NCBI GenBank assembly: GCA_000934665.2
Contig: KZ538236.1
Span: forward strand, 62,001 to 94,624
Direction of reading: 5' to 3'
DNA: 32,624 bases
Source: Catajapyx aquilonaris
Taxonomy: Eukaryota
The translations under genes were made by a program, and so were the position numbers. Each line of letters begins with the position of its first letter. Positions within the stretch are counted from its first letter, which is position 1. Of this stretch, positions 1-9,860 are shown one piece after another. A model generated the notes under the pieces. That model saw nothing but the letters and a program-made list of their open reading frames with translations. It did not search any database and was not told the origin of the DNA.

Positions 1-241
1 AATTACGTGCATTGGGGCGCAGACGCCGACATGACTGGGCGTCGGGAGGCGTCGTTTTTGTGTGTAGTGGACGCCCCCGGCGGGTCGATATATGGCTGGA
101 GTATTGTCGTCGCGTCGGCGGCGTCGTTAGGCGTCGACGTGATGGGGTTGTTGGAGGGTCTGCAGGACAACACAACAGGCGTCGGTTAAATAGGGGATTT
201 AAAAAAAGATGCACGTGTGCGTGGGTGTCAACTCGCCCAAA

Positions 242-1997
242 ATGGGGAAGAAGACGACGCCCGGCGTCCCCAGCGTCGCCTCATCCTCCAACAACAGAAG
301 GCGGCAACAGCAGGACACGACGGCACCTTCCACTTCATCAGCACCCACCGCCGCATCGTCATCATCAATAGTCGACAGCGAGCTGGAGTTGTCGCAGGTA
401 ATTGCTGCAATTGAAACGCAGCATCGCTTTGTAATCCAAACCGGTAATTGTCATAGTCGCAGATACTTGAGCGTGTCAAGCCAGACCGGATCATCGTAAC
501 GCAACCGGAGGAGGACCGCAGGAGGAGGACAATCATTGTTGAGAAACGAGGCGGATCGTTTGGCTTCACACTTCAGGTATTGATTAATTGATTTCATGAC
601 AAATGGGGAAAAATAATACATATTTCCTACGCAGAGTTATGGAATTCACTACAGAAGAGAGCAGGAAATTGAAGTCATTACGTACGTCGACTATGTGGAG
701 TACGACGGTCCAGCGTTCAGAGCTGGGATGCGAGAAGGTACATACAACGCTGCTAATAACTGTAACCTGGTAATTAACCCAAACGTACCGACTCAGGCGA
801 TGTGATCCTGTCGATTAACGGCAACGATATGGAAAAGGCGGACCATAAGACGCTGGTGGCCTTCATCAAGAACTGCGACTCACGCATGCGGATGGTGGTG
901 CTGTTTGAGGATTGCGTGCGGAAAGTGGGTCTGCACGTCAAGTACATCCAGCTGCAACGGGCACTTCAGGACAAGATGACGGAGCTGGAGACACTCTGCG
1001 ATAAGGAGCGTGAACTTATTACTGGTTAGTATCATTCGTTATGCACACAGGACATGTGATCATACTTTCGTACGTAGCGTGGCGTGCAAAGGGCTACTTG
1101 ATCCCGCCTGGTGGGAGTCCTCTCCGGCCGTTCCTTCAGCTTCCGCCGCCTCCACGCTTCCTGATGAGTGCCGCATTGCCCGCAAGCCAAAGCAGCCTCC
1201 GGTCGTACCCTTCAGGCGAGATGAGCTGCGATGACGACTCGTCTTCCATTAGCGGCTGGGATCGCCAGCACCAGATGGCCAGCCGGGGCCACCTCACCGA
1301 GCCAGAGGAGGACACCTACCACCAGGACTCCAAGAAGAAGACGGTGGGTCGCGCCTCAGTCGCAAAATCCGGATCGGCCAAAGCACCGGTGAAGCCAAAG
1401 AGTTGGGACAACCTGATTACAAAGTCATACGGCGGCTACGGGTTTGGGTACGGCTACCTAGAACTGACCAGTAGGGCCAAAAATGCGGCTAGGGGACCAC
1501 CGACGCGAACAGCAAGTTACAAGTATCCTGCTGATGTATCGAGGTGAGCCGACAGCTTAACCGATTGTCATGCGGCTTATACGTTGCCATGTTTCAGAGC
1601 ATCCCGAGGCAGCAGTAGAGGATACGGCTCCCGACCACAGCCAAAATCAACCGAGAGCCTTCTGTCGCAGAAGTATTCAGACAGCACCTTGTCCGATTCA
1701 AGCTTGAGTTGCGAGTGCCTGGATTCCGCTGCGGCTGCGGCTGCGACCCAAGCGGCGCCACCAGAGGAGAAGCGTCTCTTCGGCCTGAAGAAGTCGATGG
1801 ACAACCTTCTGGCTTGCACCAAGCAATGCACGCAACCTGGCGGCCTGCTGAGAGGAGGCGGTGCGTCCAGCCACGACTCACTGGTTGGTCGCAGGCAGAG
1901 GCAAAAGGACAAGCAGAACGAGAAGGGGAAGCAGCACAGATCTAGAAATGCGTCCAGAGAGGACGTGGCCGACAACAACGAGATGACCAAACTGTAA
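242..1997 (+). CDS. PDZ-domain scaffold of the GRASP/tamalin (cytohesin-associated scaffold, CYTIP-like) family, about 488 aa, 6 exons
   Basis: Exons 242-397, 463-576, 635-737, 797-1024, 1078-1543, 1598-1997 joined by GT-AG introns of 53-65 nt keep one frame (1467 nt). PDZ signature [24 protein letters not shown]...[27 protein letters not shown], then coiled coil [41 protein letters not shown] as in GRASP/CYTIP. Ends EMTKL*. The last two exons are less certain than the PDZ exons. Confidence 0.85.
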
Positions 1998-2336
1998 CAA
2001 TACTCGCTCGTGCCCTGTACGTAGCATTTTCATGAGAGCCTCGGAAAGCGCTTCTTCCAGTTAACGGCTCAGCACTTTCCCGCCTATCTATCGACAGAGC
2101 TCCATGCAAATCGAGGGCCTCGTTAATAATATTGCCTCCTACTGTATACTGTTTGTACATTCAGAGTTGAGAATAATTAAAAACAGACCTTTATCAGGTA
2201 ATTAGCGTATGTATTTCTTTCACAACATTGCAGGCAAACAGACGTGCAAGGGAAGAAAAAACACATGCCACCGCAACGGAGCTAATAAATTCCCCCAAAA
2301 TATGTTCAACTTATGATAAAGGTCAAATTACATATT

Positions 2337-2676
2337 ATAATTGTAATTGTGGGAGTAGTGCTTCACCTTTCGGCGTTCGGCACGGACCTTTATTATTTGA
2401 TCGTACACAGTATACAAGTTGGAGCCATTGAGAAGCGCCCGGGCCCGCGGGCAGGATGACAGGAGGGGATGTGCAAGTGCAGTGCATCTGACGTGGTGGC
2501 CATTTTTAGTGAACTCCCCCGGGTGGTTTAGTCTGTGGAAATACCACCCGAGACGAAGCCAGAGGTGACCCTGAACTCTGCACGAGATGAAGGGGGTGTC
2601 CCCGGGTTGGGATCGAACCCGGGACCTTAACATCCGTGGGCGCGAACGTTACCGTTGCGCCACTCCGCCTCCCCTT
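2337..2676 (-). mobile_element. tRNA-derived SINE, full-length copy 1
   Basis: Reverse complement closely matches 13331-13674. Minus strand has A-box-like GAGTGGCGCAACGGT and B-box GGTTCGATCCC, with an AT-rich tail. Flanked by the exact 17-bp direct repeat AGGTCAAATTACATATT (2320-2336 and 2677-2693). Confidence 0.9.
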
Positions 2677-3111
2677 AGGTCAAATTACATATTTGTAAAT
2701 AAATGCTCAGAATTACAAAATCACATGATCAATATTACAGATAAATCGATAAAATGTCAGTCATCACGATAAATCAAATAAAAGTAATGGTCAATCGAAG
2801 TTTAAAAAAAATAATCTGTTGTTTCGATCACTTTTTTTGAAAGACGGTAAATTATCACAAAATTAATGTAAAGTGGCTGCCACTATATTTGTACATGAAC
2901 GCAAATTGCAAAATTGTGATGTTTTTTCTCTTACAATCTAAAACGTAACTACATGTCTATCACAGGCTAATTGTTCGTGTAACGTACAGGGATTGCCAAA
3001 AGTTCCGTCATTCCCCTTTACAGACTGTCACACGATAAATTCACACTACTGTACGTACCAGTTGCCTAAAAATGTTGTTGCGATTAATTTCTGATTAAAA
3101 TGCTTTGAACG

Positions 3112-4385
3112 CTACCGTGTTTCATCAGGTAACTCTGTAATGCTTCGCCTGGAGAGACGCAGGTACACTTGTGACGGTTTGCTGTGACACATTTGTCTGT
3201 CCAAGTCCTCGATATCTCCACCGCCTTCAATCCTCTGCGATTTGGCCCACTTGTGACATGCCTCGATGGACCTGTTTTGCCGGCATAAGCTCTCAATCTC
3301 GCTTCCTTTGAATTCTGCCTCGACCCATTCCGCCTCAACGAAGGGGCAAGCACCGTCCGCCTGAAGCGTTCTGCAAGAATGGGCCCGATAGTCCCTCCTC
3401 GCACCTTCGAGGCCATACAAATGCCGCACGCTGTACTCGTAACGTCTTCGGCCTGACTTCCAAAGTTCGCCGTAATGACGCTCCCAGAACCGCAGCGATT
3501 CCTCTACGGACACCCCGACTTCCTTCAGGAAAAGCGTGTAATGTATTCTGGTCGCATGCGGCAAGTGCTTCGAGTCTAATAGGGCGCGGTGCCACCTCCT
3601 GGCGCAAGGTGGAAATTGGGTCGAGGCAGAATCAACTTCGCTCGATCTCAGTAACGATAGGTCGTCGTTCGAATAGGTCCGATTGAAGCATGCGATAAGT
3701 TCACTCAACAATGGTTGTAGTCGTGAGCTGGGGCCCGATTCGGACATGAGCCGCTGCGTGTGGGTGGATATGCGATTGAATATGCAAGCGAGAAGCTGCC
3801 GGAGTTGACTACAGCGCAGTGTGGCCATGCCTCGTTGGAGAGCCACCTCTCGTCGGGACACCATGGGCGCCACATGAAAGAAAGGAACTGCTCAGGTTAC
3901 GTATGTACCGAAATGGAGTGCGTACCTGTAATGACTGCGGTGCACTGATTGCATTTCCAGTGCTGGTCTATCCCGAACGCCATGAGGCTCCCGACCACCT
4001 CCTTGAGCCCCAACCGGTCCTGCGCGTCGGCCCGTCTCAGCTGCCGCCTGAGCCCCTTGACGGCCTTGGCAGCCTCCTTCCCCGTCTGGCACCCCAGCCG
4101 GAGGTTAAACAGCCCTTCCTCCTGGTGCGCCACGAAGGCCTCAAAGTCCCTGCTGGTTGATGCGGCCATGGCCAGCGCGAAGTAGGCCGCCCGGTCGAAC
4201 GGGGAGCCATCGATGAGCCAGTCGCAGTGCCGCACCACCCACGGCTCCTCCAGAAGCATGTGGAGGGACTCCAAGGTGGGTCCTCTGGCCGAGAGATGCT
4301 GGAGGACCCTCAGGCGAAGGAGGGTCGCATCCCTCAGGACGTTCAGAGGCAACACAACCGAGGGAGGGGACAGGTAGAAGGCCAT
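3112..4385 (-). CDS. DNA primase large subunit (PRIM2/p58)-like protein, divergent, about 411 aa, 2 exons
   Basis: Exons 4385-3926 and 3887-3112 joined by a 38-nt GT-AG intron give ITVPFFHVAPMVSRREVALQRG, matching the p58 'KVPF..V.DLV..R.V.L..G' segment. N-terminal FYLSPP motif. C-terminal Fe-S domain FPPC...HLPHATRIHYTLFLKEVG...FW...YEYSVRHLYGLEG.RRDY...SC...CPF...AC retains four Cys. Confidence 0.85.
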
Positions 4386-4670
4386 TGCGGGGACTCGGTC
4401 AAGACATGCTCGGTACTGTTCTTACAAGCACCCCATGCATTGCAAGGTGCGGCCAGTCCAGCTGGACATTAGTCACTTCATGGCTTAATTAACCTGTAAT
4501 AGAAAATGTTAAAGAGCAGCATGCAGCTTATAGTGTGCATGGGCGCCTCCATCTTGACACGATACTGCCATCTGGGGACAGAAAAGTGTACACACCAAGG
4601 TACACACTACCGTACAAAGTACTGTATTGTAATACAGCAAGTACAGCAAGTAAAAGATAAGAAAGTCAAG

Positions 4671-4830
4671 TGGAGTGGCGCTGCGGTAACATATGTGCCC
4701 ACCGATGTCTTGGGTTCGATCCCAAGCATGGGCTTTCCCCCCTTCATCTCGTGCCGAGTTGGGCCATCTCTGGCTTCGTCTCGGGTGGAATTCCTTGAGA
4801 CTAACCACCCAGGGCAGTTCACAAAACAAC
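4671..4830 (+). mobile_element. Diverged SINE of the same or a sister family (5' half)
   Basis: GGAGTGGCGCTGCGGTAAC...GGGTTCGATCCC...CCCCTTCATCTCGTGC...TCTGGCTTCGTCTCGGGTGG is collinear with the 5' halves of the other two SINE copies; similarity is lost after about 4830. Confidence 0.75.
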
Positions 4831-4894
4831 AATTATCAACGACGCTCGCTGTACCCCGGCGCTACGGAAAAGGACCAACATGTACCATATACCG

Positions 4895-4947
4895 ATATGC
4901 GCCAAATTGTTTCATACCCCCGGGGTATGAAACAATTTGGCGTATAT
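4895..4947. repeat. Near-perfect palindrome (21-bp perfect arms, 1-nt centre)
   Basis: CGCCAAATTGTTTCATACCCC-C-GGGGTATGAAACAATTTGGCG (4900-4942), extendable by 4 bp after one mismatch. Confidence 0.9.
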
Positions 4948-6310
4948 AGTGCACAAGCTTGTAACATCAAAGCAAATGAACTGTCGAGTGTAGCTGCAAC
5001 TGCGCAACACAAAGGGGTTAAATGAAATCGGCATGTTTAGCTACTAAGGCATCGAGGCCCTCCGTTTATTATAATTAGCCCAGCGACACTGGGCTTACAC
5101 TTCTGTTCATGTCAAGGGTCAAAGAAACATTGCACAGAAACTGATTGGCCGCTTTATAATGTACTTGTACTCCAACACCTGGAGGCTCTCTAAAAAAATC
5201 AAAACTATTGAACTACAACCTTGCTTCGATAGCCTCAGCTTGTTTCTTTTTTTGTTCTTTTTTAAAAAACTGATGGAGTTCTATACTCTTTGCAAGTACT
5301 CTATAATTGTGGGGGCGACGGGGGGCATCAAAAGAAACAATATTTGGGGGTTTACAGTAGTGGTGGTAGGGTCTGGGGGGCAGGGCGGAAAATGAAAACC
5401 TTGCTCTTCACACGTACACAGCTCTCGAGTCCACAGCTCCTCTTGGCTTGTCTCCTTCACTTGAGCGCCAAACGTGCGCACACAGCCCCAAATAACTTCC
5501 GCATGAGCCCATTCATGTCACACTGGCTCCACATTTATCTTAAAAAATGGATTTTTCTTTCTTTTTTTTTTGTCTCAGTCAATCTCTCCTTGTCCGTGAA
5601 TCAAAATGGTCGGCGAATCACTCTCTCTCTCTCCCCTGATTTTGCTTACTCCCATTAACCTGTGGCCTCTTTTTCCCTTTCTACTCTCCCATTTTGGGCC
5701 AAACCGCCAACCTCGGGGAGCCCTGCTAAGACACAAAAAAAGCAGGGGGTTGGCAAGACTCTCGCAGTTTTAACCGACCACAAAGATGTCACTCGATCGC
5801 CGGTGAACGCAACACAATCCTGAAATAGAGCTTTGCAGCTTGTTAAAGTGTGTGGGAGGGACGAGGGAAGGTAGGGGGGGCACACACAGGGCAAGGTCGA
5901 GAAAAGAAGAATCCAGATTACCAAACAAGGACGTTACGTAACATCTAAATTAGAAGGGGGTACGGGACAAACGCACGTGCACATACACAAGCAGAAGGAG
6001 TGTAACGTGAACCCAGGAAATACCTACATCCCAAAAAGTTAAAATCTACTGTGGTGATATATGTTTAAAAAAAAAAAAATTAAGTGTGAAATAAAGGAAC
6101 GTTTAAATTGGGTTGGGGCAGGGTGGAGGATTGGGTGTGTAGGGATAGATGATGCTTTTTTTTTGGGGGGGGGGTGCTATACATAAACATCACCGACCAC
6201 TGGGAAACCGAATCCGCCAGTATGGAAACAGGGGTCGGGACGAGCGTCGCATCCCTCATCCAGAGGTCGGCCAATGCTTGGCGTTTAAGCTGTTGACTGA
6301 GGAGCTGTCC

Positions 6311-9300
6311 TCATCTCCTTCTGGGCGATGAGCTTCCTCTTCCCCTCCTCTTGTTAAGAGGCGGACCAGGCCCTCGTTCCCCGCCGCTCCCTTTCCTCCT
6401 CATGCTCTCCTTTGACCTCTCCGCCTTCTCTATCTCAGCCAGGCGACGCTCCCGCTCCACCATCCGCTGGCGACGCATCTCCTCCTTAACGGCAATCTGC
6501 AGACACGGGACAAACTGGCATCATAATGAATGCTGAACACGTCATCAGCTGTAGCTTACCTGCTCTGGCGTGAGAGGTAGCCAGTAGATGCAGGGAGTGG
6601 TCTTGGTCTTTTGAAATAGGTCATCCAGCAGCTTGGCAGGCTGCTCCTCTTCTCGTTTCCGTAGGTGGCGCTCTGTGGATGGAATAAGGAGATGAAACTA
6701 CAATCAAAACCAGACGCAACCGCAACGGGAGCCAAGGACTAACCAGGTCCATCTGTGGGTCCTCCGATTGGACTCCTGCTCCTCCGTCTCTCCCCGCCAG
6801 GACCACTCACTCGGCCCCTTCTCCTCTGCCTCTCCAGCATCTCCTTCTGGAATTCCTTCTCCCCTGGGGTCTTCTCCCCAATCTTCGCCAGGTCCCACTC
6901 ACGGATTGGCATCTGAAATGTAAAAGCCAGCATCCATACTCATGAGTTCCTGCTGTCACCATCACTTATTTAGACACTACTAAGAAACAACGAGCTAGCC
7001 GTCTTGGTCTAAAGAGAAGAATCTGTAAAAGCTCACCATCCTGTCCCTCTGGTCCGCTAGTGAGTTTGGTCCAAGCCGGGCATCCCCCGAGGCAGAAACC
7101 TTCCTCTTGGGGTCGCCCCCTGCCACTCCGACCCCGCCCGAGTTGACCTCCACCTTGAGAGGCTCAGTCTTCCTTGGTATGTTATCAGCGGAGGCCATAG
7201 CCTTGTTGTACTCAAGCTCTTCCCGAGTGGAGAAGTCCACCTGGAGGGTCTTTGGGTTCGAAACGGGCCAGCGGACTCCGTGGAGGGCATGCCGCGTCTC
7301 CTCTGCTTGCTCCTTGGTCTCGTACTGGAATGCGCATGGAAGATTTTAAGCAACCTGGCCAGGAGCAATGCTTCCAGATTGAACTCACCTCCACGAAGCA
7401 CTTTGACTTGATCTTGTCCATCCAAAATGCACCTTCAACCATGGTTCCCGTGCGTGCCAGGAGCTCCTTCAGCTGGTTGATGGTGAAAGGACGCACCAAG
7501 TTGCTGACAAACAGTACGCTGGAGGCCTTATTCTTTGGCGGACTCGGGGCCTTCTGGAGGTTGCGAGCGTCATCAGCAACTATTGAGATCTTCCTCACCG
7601 TCCTCACTGTAAGCAGGCCAAAAAAAACCACAAGTTGTTACCACTCATTCACACTCATGATCCCTGTAAAGTGAAGAAGATCCTGTACCTTTCCTGTCTT
7701 CACTGAGTCCAGGCCTGGAATCCGTTTCTGAATCAGACCCACCCTTGGACAGTTGCTTTTGTAGCTGGAGTGGCGTTTGAGGCAGCTGCGTGGTCTCATC
7801 CGCGTCCTCACTCTCCCCCAGTTTCATTTCATGGACAGGCACGAGCTTCACGTCTGGAATCAGGCCCTGGAAGGAGAAGGGGGCATCTCATCCTGTTTCT
7901 AACCCCGCTTGCCCAATGCCACGGCAGAATCTTACCTTCAGTGAATCAGTTGAGATGGCAAGGGCGGGCTTCTTGTTGGCCCCGACTTTGCTGGCCCCCC
8001 ACTTTCGTTTCCGCACTGTGGAAGGCTGGGTCACGCCCGTGTATGAATCCTTCCTGATCTTTGGAGCAGGTACTCTCTCCTTCTGTGGGGCCAAAAATTC
8101 TCTCATTATTATTCATCATTTCCTGCTGTCTTGCATTGAACAGACTAAAGATGGACAGGCTTTCCCATCAACGCCACTTACCTTCTGGTCTGTACTATCG
8201 TCATTTTTCTCCTCGGAAATGCTCTTAATGAGCATCACCTTCCTCGGGGTGACAGGAGATGGCGACCTGCTGTAAATATTGAGCACGTAAATAACATGCG
8301 ACATAATATTGATAAAAACAGTGCATACAGTGTAGTTATTGAAAGTTGACGGCTTCAATGAAGTACCAACCTGACGTGAATCTCTTCTTGAGGAGCCCGC
8401 ATCTCCACGATGTCTACTGGGGCGTCTGGACTTGCTGACTTCTCCGGGCTGGCAGACTTCTCTGCACCAGCACTTCTGCTGCTACTGGCGCTTCGGCTTC
8501 TGTCCCTCTGACTCGGCTCCCTAATTGGGCTGTGCCTCACCTCCTCTCGCCTGTTTGGACGCTTTTCAGGGCTCACGCTGCTCTTCTTTTCCTGGCTGCG
8601 ACTTCTCTCTCGCCTTTTCTGTTCCTTACTAGGGCTGCGACTCCTGGTTCGCCTTTTCCTTTCCCTGCTAGGACTGCGACTCTCCTCTCGTCTTTTCTGT
8701 TCCCTACTAGGGCTGCTACTCCTCTCTCGCCTTTTCTGATCCCGGCTAGGGCTGCGGCTTCGGTCTCGCCTCTTCTGTTCCCTAGTAGGACTGCGACTTC
8801 TCTCTCGCCTTTTCTGTTCCCGGCTAAGGCTGCGACTTCGGTCTCGCCTTCTCTGCTCACGACTAGGGCTCCGGCTCCCGTCTGGCCTCCTCTGTCGCCT
8901 AGCAGGGCTCCGACTCCGACTTCTGTCCTTCCTTTGCCTCTGCCTAGGGCTCTGGCTTCTACTTCTCCCACTCCTCCTCCTGTTTCGGGTTGGACTTCGG
9001 CTCAGGCTGCGACTGGGGCTACGTTTTCTCCCAAAAGTCCTCTTGCTCGCTGCTTTAGGAATGCCTCCAGTACGCCTTCCACTTCGACTGCGACTTCGGC
9101 TGCTGCTGCTCCCACTACTGCTGCTACTGCTGCTGCTACTGCGGCTTCTGCTGCGACTCGCACTTCTGCTCGAATCTGAGGAGCTGCTCCTACCACGCTT
9201 CGTCTCCTCCTTCTCACCATCAGGTCTGAAAGGGACACGTAAGCATGAAACACAGCTGGCAATTAACTGAAGTGCATGTATTCATATAAATATGGTTGCC

Positions 9301-9829
9301 ATTAAGTAATTCTCAATACCTAACTAATACACAGTGCCAACCAACCGTCCTACTAACCTTTTAGGAGGTTTGTCCGGGATGCTGCTTGTCTCCTTCACAG
9401 GCTGACTTTCCTTTGGCTCTTCCTTCTCCTTTTCTTTAAACTCTTCCACCTTCTTATTGCTCACCTCCTCATGATCTTTCTTATCCTCCGCCACCTCTCC
9501 TGATTTCGTATCCTCCACCTTCTCAACCACTGGAACCTCTAGCTTTTTATCATCTTCCACTGTCTTCACTTCCTCCTCCTTCACCGTCTCTTCCTCCACT
9601 ACCTTCTCTTCCTCCACTACCTTCTCTTCCTGCACTACCTTCTCCACTTCCACTGCCTTCTCCACCTCCACTTTTTCCTCCGCCTTATCCATCACTTTAT
9701 CCTCTTCCTTTTTCTCGTCCCTTTTTTCTTCTGATCTTGCAGAGCTGCCAAGATCCCCTCTCTTCAGTTTCATCCTCCTTCCTGGCAACGGAGTTCGGCT
9801 GACTTCTGGAGGCTTGACGGTGGTTTCCT

Positions 9830-9860
<31 letters not shown>

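Noticed and set aside
3112..4385. Primase-like gene as a frameshifted pseudogene or viral insertion
   Set aside because: A canonical GT-AG intron restores frame and homology, Fe-S ligands are intact, and no viral or TE genes flank it.
4506..5025. ORFs of 71-147 aa upstream of the primase-like gene
   Set aside because: They run through SINE and palindrome sequence with no protein-like features.
8532..9270. Several 75-215 aa ORFs over the Acinus RS exon
   Set aside because: Antisense or alternative frames of a repetitive coding region.
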